DNA of 64,000 bases, from positions 34,532,151 to 34,596,150 of the forward strand of contig NC_134246.1 of the NCBI RefSeq assembly GCF_965152275.1. Direction: 5' to 3'. Shown here one piece after another: positions 1 through 10,965 of the stretch. The notes beneath the pieces were generated by a model. That model searched no databases. It had not been told where the DNA came from and worked only from the letters and a program-made list of their open reading frames with translations. The number at the start of each line of letters is the position of its first letter. The stretch's first letter is position 1. The position numbers were made by a program, and so were the translations under genes. The DNA is from Natator depressus (lineage: Eukaryota).

Positions 1-1267
1 GGTCCCCAGGAGGCAGTGCTGGCCGCCAAGGTGGCCATCAGTGAGCTGCTGATCCTGATGGGCAGGGCAGTGCCCTCAATGGGCTGGTTCTTCCGGCCAT
101 GCCCAGGGCTCAGCCTGTTCCTCGGGAGGGAGACGGCACCGGGCTCCGGGCGGGCGCTGTGGAGAGGCTTGGTGGCGAGTCCGGCCCGGACAGCGGGGCT
201 AGTGTGGTGACCTGGAGGGTGCTGAGCCGGCGAGGGGCTCCTCACACCTGCCTGGAGGTCTGCTCCCCGCCAGGGGCCATGGGACCGGCAGCCGGGGTGG
301 TGCTGCTGACCCTGGAGGCCGTGGCCCGGGCACCTCTGTGGCCATCTGCATGGACTTGGAAGGCGCGTGCCTGGTGGAGGCTGTGGCTGAGGCCATCGAC
401 ACCTTTGCCCGAGGCCATCCCGCCGCCCCCCTGAGCAGTGTCTCCATGGTGGCTGCCGACGGGGCCCTGGTGGCCACCTTCCATGGGGCATGTGCCAAGC
501 AGTGGCCGCCTGGCGAGAGCTGGCAGGAGCTGCTGGGGAATGTCCTCCGGGCCCAGGAGAAAGTCAGCACCCAGGTGGTCAGCGGGTCCCTCGCCAGCCA
601 GAAGGTCAGTACCTTGGTTAGAGCGGGGGCTGGGAGCCAGGACTCCTGGGTTCTATCCCTAGCACCTTCTCTCCCAGCTGCTCTGTAGGAAGACAGTCTC
701 TCTAGGGCTCATCTTGTTTGGAGCCCCCCGGGGCTGTTGTCCCCAGGCCCAGAGGGGGGAGCGGTGAGCCCCCAAGGAGGTGGTCCGAGCGTCTGTTCAT
801 GCTCCTTGGCTCTGTGTTGGAGACAGACAGATGCGGTGGTGCTGCCGGTGGTGCTGGAGACAGATGGGCTGGAATGGTGCCCTCAGGAGGTCCGGGCCCT
901 GGCCGAGAGGGCGCTGGGAGCTGCAGGCCACAGCAGGGAGCTCCAGCCGGGGAAGGTGCTGACAGTGCTGGGCACGGCCCTCCCGGATCTCCACTGCAAA
1001 GTGCTGTACCTTGTGCAGCTGGATGGCGAGGCACTGCAGCAGCAGGGGGCACCTGAGGTAAAAGGGGGGGCACCCTGTACCCCACGGATCCCTGCTGCAG
1101 CCCCTAGATCTCCCCTCTCCCTCTGCTACGCAGCACCACTAGATGCCTGGGACAGGACGTACCAAGGAGTTTAGGTGCCTAGACAGGCCTTAGCACATCT
1201 AAAGAGCCGATGAGGCGCCACTCTATCTTTAGGCTCCTAAACCCCTTGGTACACCGGGCCTTTACGA

Positions 1268-1384
1268 ATATCACTCACTAGAGCAAAAAGAACAGGAGTA
1301 CTTGTGGCACCTTAGAGACTAACCAATTTATTAGAGCATAAGCTTTTGTGGGCTACAGCTCACTTCATCGGATGCATAGAATGG
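1268..1384. repeat. Half copy (one arm only) of the abundant hairpin/palindromic repeat family.
   Basis: aaaaagaacaggagtacttgtggcaccttagagactaaccaatttattagagcataagcttttgtgggctacagctcacttcatcggatgcat; the same family as 1497-1722. Confidence 0.6.
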
Positions 1385-1496
1385 AACATAGAGTAACCAA
1401 ACAGCGTCCTGGAGAAATTGATGTATTTTAGTTTTCATAGAAAAGCCCATAAACTGTAAAGTTGTGGCAAACATTTTCTGTCCACCATATCTGGTT

Positions 1497-1722
1497 TCAG
1501 AGTAACAGCCATGTTAGTCTGTATTCGCAAAAAGAAAAGGAGGACTTGTGGCACCTTAGAGACTAACCAATTTATTTGAGTATGAGCTTTCGTGAGCTAC
1601 AGCTCACTTCATCGGATGCATCCGATAAAGTGAGCTGTAGCTCACGAAAGCTCATGCTCAAATAAATTGGTTAGTCTCTAAGGTGCCACAAGTACTCCTT
1701 TTCTTTTTGCATATCTGGTTTG
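1497..1722. repeat. Near-perfect palindromic (snap-back) repeat of ~225 bp, flanked by an 11-bp direct repeat atatctggttt.
   Basis: The left arm cagagtaacagccatgttagtctgtattcgcaaaaagaaaaggaggacttgtggcaccttagagactaaccaatttatttgagtatgagctttcgtgagctacagctcacttcatcggatgcat mirrors a reverse-complement right arm. The flanking ccatatctggttt at 1485-1496 matches atatctggttt at 1723-1733. Confidence 0.7.
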
Positions 1723-1844
1723 TTAGGGAAATTCAGAATCTTTTCTCTAAGTCCTAGGAAAATCGGAAAGTCTTTCTTCCCCCAAAATGGATTTTTCCCC
1801 CCAAACTGAAAATTTTGGCCAAAACCTGAACACAAGAACATAAG

Positions 1845-2045
1845 AACGGCCATACTGGGTCAGATCAAAGGTCCATCCAGCCCAGTATCCTGTCTTCCAA
1901 CAGTGGCCAATGCCAGGTGCCCCAGAGGGAATGAACAGAACAGGTCATCATCAAGTGATCTATCCCCTGTCGCCCATTCCCAGCTTCTGGCAAACAGAGG
2001 CTAGGGACCCTGTCCCTGCCCATCCTGGCTAATAGCCATTGTTTT
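1845..2045 (+). repeat. Fragment of a second abundant interspersed repeat family (aacataagaacggccatactgggtcagatcaaaggtccatc...).
   Basis: The same ~50-bp terminus recurs at 15087-15300 (as inverted termini) and at 39340-39400. Confidence 0.5.
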
Positions 2046-2521
2046 ACCATTTTGTTTTAGCATCAGCAGGTTTCGTAAACTGAACGTTTGTGCTAAGCCC
2101 CCAGAGATGTTACTGAAAAGCAGCTGGTTTGCTGGAAGCAGTTTCTGAAAACTAATTTTTCCCTGCCAAAAATGAAACTTTTTACTGAAGCCGTTGCCAT
2201 GGGCAGTTTCCGAAAAGCAAAAATATGTCTTGAAAACCAAAAGAACTTGCCAGTGGGCTCCTGGTTTCCCTGGCATCCATAGAAACTTCCAGGGGAGAAA
2301 AGCCCGGGAGTTCTTACGGGTTAACCAAGCCGGGGGAAAAACGGTGTTAGGTCATCCTCGAAACTAAGATAGCTGAGAATCCTAAATACCTTATGTTTCT
2401 CAGCCTCTGTCGCCAGCTAGGTGCCCATAATGGACAGACATCGCTCGTCTGTCTCCTCTCTCCTCGAGTTCCCACTTCCAGAACTGGAGGCCTTGCTGAA
2501 GGAATATCGGCTTACCTCTCT

Positions 2522-2522
<1 letters not shown>

Positions 2523-2582
<60 letters not shown>
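2523..2582. repeat. (GATA)15 microsatellite lying 57 bp upstream of a PARP14-like exon acceptor.
   Basis: Perfect gatagata... run. Confidence 0.95.
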
Positions 2583-2639
2583 GAGAATCTTCTTACATAT
2601 TCCCATAATATATCCCCCCGTTGTTCTCGGTCCCCGCAG

Positions 2640-2840
2640 GTCATGCACCAGATGATGCGATGCTGCCTCTGTTCCGTGTACGGCATGTTCCTGGAGTCCG
2701 TGTCCTTCCCACTGCTGGGGGCTGGTCAGACCCTGCCGGCCATGCTGGAGGAAATCAGCTGCTTCCTGGAGCACCAGCCCAACACGTGGATGAAACTGGT
2801 GCAAATTGTCCACCCGCTGGGGCTGCCGGCTCCTCGCCTG
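2640..2840 (+). pseudogene. PARP14-like exon (macro-domain C-terminal part), 201 nt. AG acceptor at 2638-2639, GT donor at 2841.
   Basis: The open frame reads VMHQMMRCCLCSVYGMFLESVSFPLLGAGQTLPAMLEEISCFLEHQPNTWMKLVQIVHPLGLPAPRL, followed by gtaaac. Confidence 0.45.
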
Positions 2841-4194
2841 GTAAACGGGGCAGGTCACCAGGCGGGCGTGGCGGCGGGAGGTGCAGGGCATGACTCCTGG
2901 GTTCCATCCCTGGCTTTGGAGGGGGAGAGTGGGATCTAAGGGTTAGAGTTCTGGGGGGGCAGGCTGGGAGTCAGGACTCCCGGGTTCTATACCCGGCTCT
3001 GGGAGGGGCATGGCTCATAAATAAACTGACCCCTTTCTTGCATTCCTTGGCAGGTGGCTGAAGATCCCAGCACCCGGGCTGGTAAGCTGAGTGTGATACC
3101 GGTGACCCCTTGCCGTTTCCTGCGTTCCAGGGCCTGTGCCAGAGCGCCCCCTGGTGGAGCTGCCACGGTGGCTAGGTCTGAGGTTTGCACCCCAGGCTGT
3201 CTCTTCGCTTGACTTCTCCGGCGCAGGCCCCGCTCCCTGGTGCTTCTCAGAAATGGGGCCCCCAGGAGCAGCGCCAACCCCCAAGTCTCTCCAGCCATGG
3301 GGCACTGAGGGTTACGGTCAGGGGCCCATGATAGTTGATGGGCCCCCAACTCCAGTACGACTTACAGCCATACCCACAGTAATATGCACAGCCCTGCCTC
3401 AGTTTCCCCACCGCCCGGAAGCATTCTCTGGGCCGGAGGTCAGAGCCCGCCCTCCTGGGCTGGTCCTGGAGCTCCAATCCAATGGCTCCTTGTGCCTCGC
3501 CCCTGTCAGGACCAGCAGCAACCCCTGCTGCTGTGGACCCCCACACTCGCAGCCCTCTTGGCCTCCCACCACCTTAAGTAGAAGGCAGGTGGGTGGGTGC
3601 CATGCACCAGCAGCATGACTCAGGCAGCTGGGAGTCGTCAAAGGCAGCAGCTGCCAGCCTCTTGCTGGGGTTGCCGAAGGGAGGCATGTCCCCAGTTCCC
3701 CAAATCACCAGGGCCAGCCATATTGAAATGCTGCATCGCCACCACAGCCCTGACTGCTGGGGGGAGAGCGCCCCCTGCTGAAGTCCTGCTCCCTGCAGCA
3801 CAGCGCCCCCTAGTGTTGCCACGGGGCCAGCCCTGTCTGCCAGGGGAAAGTGCTGAGTTCCACCCTGCTCCCGGCAACACAGCGCCCCCTAGCGAAACAA
3901 TGGGACCAGCACTGACTGCTGGGGGAGAGTGCCCCCTGCTGAGCCCCCACCCCACTCCCTGTAGCACAGCACCCCTAGCGCCGCCCTGGAGCCAGCCCTG
4001 CAAGCTGGGGGGAGAGCTGAGCCCCCCAGCGCCATTTGAGGTATCTCAGAAGGACTCAAGTGTATCTAACCCCCCCATATAGCTTGATTCCTCCTCCCAT
4101 TGTACAATCCATGGCAGTCGGATGCCTGACCTCCCAGGTCCAGGCCCCTCCCGGCTCCCTGATGGGTCCCAGCCGTTCTTCTCTCTCCCCGCAG

Positions 4195-4432
4195 AGGCCT
4201 TGGGGTTCTGCTGGCCAGAGCACCCCCTCTTCCTCCGCTATGTGGACGAGAGCGCAGCTGTGCGGCGGGAGTTCAAGGGACGCCTGAAGGAGGCCGGCTA
4301 TGGATTCCGGGCCTGTCCCCAGTGGGGAATCCTGACCTTCCCAGCAGTGGCCAGCCCTGCGGAGCTGCATGGCTGGGAAGCGGTGTTTTGCTCGGTGCGC
4401 CAGCATTACGTGGTGCATCGCGAGGGCTGGGA
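4195..4432 (+). pseudogene. 5' part of the large PARP14-like exon, interrupted at 4433 by a CR1 insertion.
   Basis: Acceptor ccccgcag|AGGCC at 4193-4194. The frame reads EALGFCWPEHPLFLRYVDESAAVRREFKGRLKEAGYGFRACPQWGILTFPAVASPAELHGWEAVFCSVRQHYVVHREGWE and then runs straight into the CR1 3' tail. Confidence 0.5.
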
Positions 4433-7235
4433 GAATCATAGAATCATAGAATATCAGGGTTGGAAGGGACCTCAGGAGGTCATCTACTCCAACCCCCTGC
4501 TCAAAGCAGGACTGATCCCCAACTAAACCATCCCAGCCAGGGCTTTGTCAAGCCTGACCTTAAAAACTTCCAAGGAAGGAGATTCTACCATCTCCCTAGG
4601 TAACGCATTCCAGTATTTCACCACCCTCCTAGTGAAAAAGCTAAACCTCCCCCACTGCAACTTGAGACCATTACTCCTTGTCCTGTCCTCTTCTACCACT
4701 GAGAATAGTCTAGAACCATCCTCTCTGGAACCACCTCTCAGGTAGTTGAAAGCAGCTATCAAATCCCCCCTCATTCTTCTCTTCCGCAGACTAAACAATC
4801 CCAGTTCCCTCAGCCTCTCCTCATAAGTCATGTGTTCCAGACCCCTAATCATTTTTGTTGCCCTTCGCTGGACTCTCTCCAATTTATCCACATCCTTCTT
4901 GTAGTGTGGGGCCCAAAACTGGACACAGTACTCCAGATGAGGCCTCACCAATGTCGAAGAGAGGGGAACGATCACATCCCTCGATCTGCTCGCTATGCCC
5001 CTACTTATACATCCCAAAATGCCATTGGCCTTCTTGGCAACAAGGGCACACTGCTGACTCATATCCAGCTTCTCGTCCACTGTAACCCCTAGGTCCTTTT
5101 CCACAGAACTGCTGCCTAGCCATTCAGTCCCTAGTCTGTAGCTGTGCATTGGGTTCTTCCGTCCTAAGTGCAGGACCCTGCACTTATCCTTATTGAACCT
5201 CATCAGGTTTCTTTTGGCCCAATCCTCCAATTTGTCTAGGTCCCTCTGTATCCTATCTCTGCCCTCCAGCGTATCTACCTCTCCTCCCAGTTTAGTATCA
5301 TCCGCAAATTTGCTGAGAGTGCAATCCACACCATCTTTCAGATCATAGATGAAGATATTGAACAAAACCGGCCCCAGGACCGACCCCTGGGGCACTCCAC
5401 TTGACACCGGCTGCCAACTAGACATGGAGCCATTGATCACTACCCGTTGAGCCCGACAATCTAGCCAACTTTCTACCCACCTTATAGTACATTCATCCAG
5501 CCCATACTTCTTTAACTTGCTGACAAGAATACTGTGGGAGACCGTGTCAAAAGCTTTGCTAAAGTCAAGAAACAATACATCCACTGCTTTCCCTTCATCC
5601 ACAGAATCAGTAATCTCATCACAGAAGGCCATTAGATTAGTCAGGCATGACCTTCCCTTGGTGAATCCATGCTGACTGTTCCTGATCACTTTCCTCTCAT
5701 GTAAGTGCTTCAGGATTGATTCCTTGAGGACCTGCTCCATGATTTTTCCGGGGACTGAGGTGAGGCTGACTGGCCTGTAGTTCCCAGGATCCTCCTTCTT
5801 CCCTTTTTTAAAGATTGGCACTACATTAGCCTTTTTCCAGTCATCTGGGACTTCCCCCGTTCGCCACGAGTTTTCAAAGAGAATAGCCAATGGCTCTGCA
5901 ATCACATCCGCCAATTCCTTTAGCACTCTCGGATGCAACTCGTCCGGCCCCATGGACTTGTGCACGTCCAGCTTTTCTAAATAGTCCCTAACCACCTCTT
6001 TCTCCACAGAGGGCTGGCCATCTATTCCCCATGTTGCGATGCCCAGCGCAGCAGTCTGGGAGCTGTCCTTGTTAGTGAAGACAGAGGCAAAAAAAGCATT
6101 GAGCACATTAGCTTTTTCCACATCCTCTGTCACTAGGTTGCCTCCCTCATTCAGTAAGGGGCCCACACTTTCCTTGGCTTTCTTCTTGTTGCCAACATAC
6201 CTGAAGAAACCCTTCTTGTTACTGCTGACATTTCTTGCTAGCTGCAGCTCCAGGTGCGATTTGGCCCTCCTGATTTCATTCCTACATGCCCGAGCAATAT
6301 TTTTATACTCTTCCCTGGTCATATGTCCAAACTTCCACTTCTTGTAAGCTTCTTTTTTATGTTTAAGATCCGCTAGGATTTCACCATTAAGCCAAGCTGG
6401 TCGCCTGCCATATTTACTATTCTTTCGACTCATTGGGATGGTTTGTCCCTGTAACCTCAACAGGGATTCCTTGAAATACAGCCAGCTCTCCTGGACTCCT
6501 TTCCCCTTCATGTTAGTCCCCCAGGGGATCCTACCCATCCGCTTCCTGAGGGAGTTGAAGTCTGCTTTCCTGAAGTCCAGGGTCCGTATCCTGCTGCTTA
6601 CCTTTCTTCCCTGTGTCAGGATCCTGAACTCGACCATCTCATGGTCACTGCCTCCCAGATTCCCATCCACTTTTGCTTCCCCCACTAATTCTTCCCTGTT
6701 TGTGAGCAGCAGGTCAAGAAAAGCTCCCCCCGTAGTTGGCTCGTCTAGCACTTGCACCAGGAAATTGTCCCCTACGCTTTCCAAAAACTTCCTGGATTGT
6801 CTATGCACCGCTGTATTGCTCTCCCAGCAAATATCAGGAAAATTAAAGTCACCCATGAGAACCAGGGCGTGCGATCTAGTAGCTTCTGCGAGTTGCCGGA
6901 AGAAAGCCTCATCCACCTCATCCCCCTGGTCCGGTGGTCTATAGCAGACTCCCACCACTACATCACTCTTGTTACTCACACTTCTAAACTTAATCCAGAG
7001 ACACTCAGGTTTTTCTGCAGTTTCGTACAGGAGCTCTGAGCAGTCATACTGCTCCCTTACATACAGTGCTACTCCCCCACCTTTTCTGCCCTGCCTGTCC
7101 TTCCTGAACAGTTTATAACCATCCATGACAGTACTCCAGTCATGTGAGTTGTCCCACCAAGTCTCTGTTATTCCAATCACGTCATAATTCCCTGACATCA
7201 CCAGGACCTCCAGTTCTCCCTGCTTGTTTCCAAGG
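4433..7235 (-). mobile_element. CR1 LINE copy 1 (sense on the minus strand). It is 5'-truncated (no ORF1 or 5'UTR), retains a near-complete ORF2, and ends in an (ATTCTATG)n 3' tail. It is inserted into a PARP14-like coding exon with a candidate 5-bp TSD, GGGAG, at 4428-4432 and 7234-7238.
   Basis: The plus strand at 4434-4450 reads gaatcatagaatcataga, the reverse complement of the CR1 ATTCTATG tail. Homology to CR1 copy 2 holds up to ~7235 and then switches to exon sequence. Confidence 0.8.
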
Positions 7236-7294
7236 GAGGACCTGCTGGAGGCCCTGGCCGCCGAGCCGTCCCTGGTAAAGGCGTTCGGGTCCAT
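4523..7294 (-). CDS. CR1 ORF2, apurinic-like endonuclease plus reverse transcriptase (923-aa open frame). The first ~19 codons ([19 protein letters not shown]) are read from the antisense of the host exon and are not CR1.
   Basis: CR1 homology begins at [31 protein letters not shown] motifs are [32 protein letters not shown] and the YADD-type [10 protein letters not shown]. The C-terminal part reads ...[47 protein letters not shown]. Confidence 0.8.
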   Translation of the reverse strand: MDPNAFTRDGSAARASSRSSLGNKQGELEVLVMSGNYDVIGITETWWDNSHDWSTVMDGYKLFRKDRQGRKGGGVALYVREQYDCSELLYETAEKPECLWIKFRSVSNKSDVVVGVCYRPPDQGDEVDEAFFRQLAEATRSHALVLMGDFNFPDICWESNTAVHRQSRKFLESVGDNFLVQVLDEPTTGGAFLDLLLTNREELVGEAKVDGNLGGSDHEMVEFRILTQGRKVSSRIRTLDFRKADFNSLRKRMGRIPWGTNMKGKGVQESWLYFKESLLRLQGQTIPMSRKNSKYGRRPAWLNGEILADLKHKKEAYKKWKFGHMTREEYKNIARACRNEIRRAKSHLELQLARNVSSNKKGFFRYVGNKKKAKESVGPLLNEGGNLVTEDVEKANVLNAFFASVFTNKDSSQTAALGIATWGIDGQPSVEKEVVRDYLEKLDVHKSMGPDELHPRVLKELADVIAEPLAILFENSWRTGEVPDDWKKANVVPIFKKGKKEDPGNYRPVSLTSVPGKIMEQVLKESILKHLHERKVIRNSQHGFTKGRSCLTNLMAFCDEITDSVDEGKAVDVLFLDFSKAFDTVSHSILVSKLKKYGLDECTIRWVESWLDCRAQRVVINGSMSSWQPVSSGVPQGSVLGPVLFNIFIYDLKDGVDCTLSKFADDTKLGGEVDTLEGRDRIQRDLDKLEDWAKRNLMRFNKDKCRVLHLGRKNPMHSYRLGTEWLGSSSVEKDLGVTVDEKLDMSQQCALVAKKANGILGCISRGIASRSRDVIVPLSSTLVRPHLEYCVQFWAPHYKKDVDKLERVQRRATKMIRGLEHMTYEERLRELGLFSLRKRRMRGDLIAAFNYLRGGSREDGSRLFSVVEEDRTRSNGLKLQWGRFSFFTRRVVKYWNALPREMVESPSLEVFKVRLDKALAGMV

Positions 7295-8389
7295 CTGGGT
7301 CTATGACGGGGAGGACTTTGTCGGCTTGGTTGGGGAGATGGCACCGTTCCTCCAGCGCCTGACTGTTAGGGCCTTCCAGAGGCAGCTGGTGAGCCAGGAG
7401 TACCTGGCCGAGCCACTGCCCAGGTGGGTCATCATCAAGGACATGGTGGAGAAGGAGCTTCCTGACCCCCATGTCAGAATGGAGCTTTGACAGGGCACCC
7501 CAGCTATCATCACCTTCCAGGGACCCCGCCGGCAGGTGGCCGAGGCAGAGAGCCGGTGCCAGCAGCTGCTCAGGGCGTTCCAGGTCCTGTCGGTGCCCGT
7601 CTCGCCTCTCCAGGCGCGCTTCATCCAGGAGCACTGAGAGGATGTCTTCACCCCCAGCTTCTTCCTGGACTGGGGCATTGCCACCATCCTAGAGCTCCCA
7701 GACGGTGACTCAGGGATTGAGCTGGCCTGGGACCTCCCCGCTGGGCCGGCGCCCTCTGAGGGCATCTCAGTGGCTGGGCTGGAGCAAGAGAAGCTGCAGC
7801 ATGCAGCGGAGCTGCTGCAGGGCCTGGTGGGCTGCCGGACGGTGCTGATTGAGGAGGGCGTGCACTGGGTCACGCAGGGTCAGGAGTGGGCCGAGCTGCT
7901 GGCCGGGCTGGGCGCCTGGCAGGATGTGTCCCTGCACTGTGCCGCGAGCCAGGAGCAGCTGGTGGTGGTGGGCTTCCAGCCCTATGTGGCCCAGGCGGAG
8001 GCAGCCATCCGGGAGTATTTGCAGAGTAAATCACTGGCCGAGGAGCAACTGGACGTCCCCCGGCCAGAGCTGGCAGAAACCGGGGTGCAGCTGCTGCGCC
8101 TTATGGACTGGGAGCACCTCCAGGTCGCCGTCCAGCTGCACCCCAACCCTCGGGTGCTGTCCCTGGGGCTGCGGGGCCTCCTGCACCACCTGCAGTTGGC
8201 CAGCAGGGCCATCAAGGCTGACCTGGAGTCCCTGGTGCTGGGCACACTGCCCATCAGGGCCAGGCCTTGGGCGAGCACCTCTGTGGGGAGGGGGCGACCC
8301 TCCTGCAGGACCTGGCCCAGCAGCTCTGCTGTGTGGTGAGCCTGCGAGGAGACCCCCCTACAAATGGCCCATCCAGCACCTGTGGGCAG
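7239..8389 (+). pseudogene. 3' part of the large PARP14-like exon. It is in the same frame as 4195-4432 once CR1 and the TSD are removed. It carries two in-frame TGA codons (7488, 7635) and a frameshift near 8255-8270.
   Basis: Frame 0 continues as [17 protein letters not shown]...HVRMEL*QGTPAIITFQGPRRQVAEAESRCQQLL...QEH*EDVFTPSFFLDWGIATI...LVLGTLPIRA. It then shifts to LGEHLCGEGATLLQDLAQQLCCVVSLRGDPPTNGPSSTCGQ, followed by gtgaga. Both stops are consistent with CGA>TGA changes. Confidence 0.5.
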
Positions 8390-8903
8390 GTGAGAGCTGT
8401 AGGGGGCAGCCTGAGGGCGGGCAGGCCGCCCAGGGTCGCTGGGTTTGTCAGCGTCAGAGACATGGGAGCTGGTGCTACAAGAACTGGGAAGGGGGCTGTC
8501 TGGGCTGAGAGGACTGGACGCCTGGGACCCATTTCAGGTCTGAGAGGGCAGTGGGGTCTAGTGCGTGGAGCAGGGGGGCTGGGAGCTAGGACTCCTGGGT
8601 TCTCTGCTGGCTCTGGGAGGGGAGTGGGGTCTAGTGTTTAGAGTGGGAGCTGGGGCGGTGTGTGGGTTCTATTCTCTGCTTTGCCCCTGACTTCCTGCCT
8701 CTCTCCCCTTCTTTGTGCCTCAGTTTCTGGGTCTGCGAACCTGGCGAGTCGCCATCCCGCCCAGCCAGGTGTCTGTGTTCCCATGGCAAGGCAGGGCACC
8801 TGAGGCTTGGGGCAGGGGTTTGGGGGAGCAGCACGGCCATGGGCTGCATGGAGGAGCCAGTGCCCACTGTGCCTGCTTCACCTGGCTCTGTCCTTCTCCG
8901 CAG

Positions 8904-8958
8904 GGCAGAGCTCTGCAGGCTCCCAATGCCGCAAGGAAGCCCCAGAAGGTGCAGGCAG
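8904..8958 (+). pseudogene. Small PARP14-like exon (55 nt).
   Basis: tccgcag|GGCAGAGCTCTGCAGGCTCCC...GCAGGCAG|gtaaga; the open frame is continuous with its neighbours. Confidence 0.35.
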
Positions 8959-9138
8959 GTAAGAGCAACACAGGGACCTGGAGGGCTGGGCCGCACTCCC
9001 AGTCCATAGCCCCCTGCTAACCTAGCCCTGGGCCCCCTCCAGCTCTGCCAGTACCCCTCACTCCTGACCCGCTGCCCCTGCTAACCGAGCCCCACTGGTG
9101 CTGACCCACTTATTCAGGACCCCTCTCTGCGTTCCCAG

Positions 9139-9671
9139 GGGCCCCCGAGGGGCTGGAGCTCCGCATGGTGGGCCAAGAGCCTGATGTGGGCCAGGTGAAG
9201 GCAGCCGTGGCCGGCTTCATGGCCCAGTTCCACGACGAAAGCATCTGCAACGTGGAGCTGGTGGCCGTTGGCACCCAGGCCCTGCGGGAGCTCAGCCAGG
9301 CCTCACGGTACCACTTACCCGTCAGCCTCCAGCGCCTGCCGGGCAATGTGCTGCGGGTGCGGGGCGCCTGGGAGGATGTGGCCAAGGCCGTGGCCGCTGT
9401 CCACGCCAGGATCCAGGCTGCCCAGTGCCAGCGGGTGGAGGCCGAGGTGCTGTACGGGCTGGTAAAGTGGCAGCACCTGGCCCCGGCCGGCTGGCGTCCC
9501 TTTAGTGTGGCCACCAACCAACAGCTGGAGACGGCATATGCAGAGATCGAGTGGGACGGGCAGAGATCGAGTGGGACGGGCAGCGGGTGGAGATCGACCT
9601 GCTCAAGGCAATGGGCGTTGCGCCAGGCACTGGGGCCCTCATCCACCTCCGCCGGGAGATCTGCCTGTTGG
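9139..9671 (+). pseudogene. PARP14-like exon with a WWE-like domain, carrying a frameshifting 20-bp tandem duplication at 9541-9580.
   Basis: Acceptor ttcccag|GGGCC, donor TTGG|gtgagg. Length is 533 nt including the duplication and 513 nt without it. The read is ...WQHLAPAGWRPFSVATNQQLETAYAEIEWDGQ, then the duplicated cagagatcgagtgggacggg, then RVEIDLLKAMGVAPGTGALIHLRREICLLG. Confidence 0.5.
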
Positions 9672-9949
9672 GTGAGGAACCATCCCCCTTCCAAAGACAC
9701 CTTCCCCACTGCCCCACTGCTGGAGGGGCACCGGTGTGGGACTGGCTGCCTTGGGGGCAGGGAATAGGCCATGGCTCCGTTCCCCTCCAGGGGGTGCCAG
9801 CTCCCATCCAACCTCAGGGGACTGGGAATGGGGCAGGGAATGGGGCACGGGGCCTTTCCCCTCCTGGGGGTGCCAGCTCCCATCCAGCCCCAGGGCAGGG
9901 ACTGGGCCTGGGGCGGCTCCCCACTGACAGACCCCATCTCTCATTGCAG

Positions 9950-10086
9950 ACAGATGCCTTGCCCTGCACTGGGAGCCCATGGGCGAGAGCCTGGTGAGGC
10001 TGGTGGAGCTAGCGGAGCGCTCGGAGGAGTACCGGGAGATGGCTGAGGGGTTTAAGCGGATGGCCCTGGGCTACTGCATCCTCCAC
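9950..10086 (+). pseudogene. PARP14-like exon (start of the catalytic region).
   Basis: tcattgcag|ACAGATGCC...CTCCAC|gtgagt. It encodes ...ESLVRLVELAERSEEYREMAEGFKRMALGYCILH. Confidence 0.45.
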
Positions 10087-10475
10087 GTGAGTGTGAGGGG
10101 CTGGGAGGCTCTGGGGCTGGGGCTGAGAGACACCCCCTGTGGGTCCCAGAGCCCAGTCAGGGGGAGAGAGGAATCTCTCCTAGCCCCAGCTAGGGCGGAG
10201 GAGTTCAGTGAGCGGGGGCTGCCCTGGCACTGCCTGGTTGGGGGGGATGGGACAGAGGTCTTTGGAGGGCTGTCTGTGGGGGCAGAAAGGCCAGACGGCC
10301 ACGGTCATTGGGGGGTGTCCTCTAACGGAGCTGCAGGAGATTGGGGACCTGGGACTGAAGCTCAGGCCAGGGCAGGATGGGAAGACCTCCAAAGGCTGGG
10401 TGCCCCCCCATCCCACATGGCGGTGCCCTTGGCAGCTCCTGGCCATGCCCACGGTCCCTACCCTGCCTCCCGCAG

Positions 10476-10648
10476 ATCCAGAGGGTGCAGAACCGGGTCC
10501 TGTGGGTCTCCTATTGCTGGCAGTGCCGTTGGATGGAGGAGAAGAACCCGCCGGGCGAGCTCAACGAGCATCTCCTCTACCACGGCACGCAGCCCGAGAA
10601 CAGGCACTCCATCCAGGAGATCGGCCTCAGGATCACCTGTCGCAAAGG
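10476..10648 (+). pseudogene. PARP catalytic-domain exon carrying the conserved His (LYHGT).
   Basis: cccgcag|ATCCAGAGG...CGCAAAG|gtgggt. It encodes IQRVQNRVLWVSYCWQCRWMEEKNPPGELNEHLLYHGTQPENRHSIQEIGLRITCRK. Confidence 0.5.
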
Positions 10649-10734
10649 TGGGTCTGGGCCCCCGGGGGACTTCTGGGCTGGGGGCACCAGGACTGTATGC
10701 TGTCCCCGCCCCCCGGGCCACCCAGATGGGAACT

Positions 10735-10965
10735 GGGGCCCCCTAGAGGGGACAAGCCCCGTGTCCCATTTCCTGCCCCCCTTAGCCAGCCAATCCCCAC
10801 CCTGGGGCTGGATGGGAGCCGGTGCCCCCTAGAGGGGAAAGGCCCCATGTTTCCGCCCCACTTGAGGGGAAAGGTTCTGTGTCCCATTCCTCACCCCCCA
10901 GCACCAGCCAGTCCCCTGCCCTGGGGCCGGTTTGGGGCCGGTGCCCGCCCTAGGAAAAGGGCCCT
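10735..10965. repeat. GC-rich intronic tandem repeat with a ~75-bp unit, about 3 copies. A related array lies in inverse orientation at 9770-9900.
   Basis: Units of the form ccctagaggggacaagccccgtgtcccatttcctgcccccttagccagccaatccccaccctggggctggatgggagccggtgc. They generate spurious overlapping ORFs. Confidence 0.55.

Noticed and set aside
7237-7294. The ATG at 7294 as the true start of the CR1 ORF2 ([19 protein letters not shown]...).
   Set aside because: These 19 codons are the antisense of the PARP14-like exon and are not CR1 sequence. CR1 homology starts at SLGNKQ. The long ORF is therefore an insertion chimera.
7301-8641. Many overlapping 70-220-aa ORFs on both strands (7301-7873 minus, 7849-8508 plus, 7982-8278 minus, 8254-8532 minus and others).
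   Set aside because: They lie in alternative frames of a GC-rich coding exon and are Pro/Arg/Ala/Ser-rich with no recognisable motifs. Only frame 0, the PARP14-like frame, shows conservation-like sequence.
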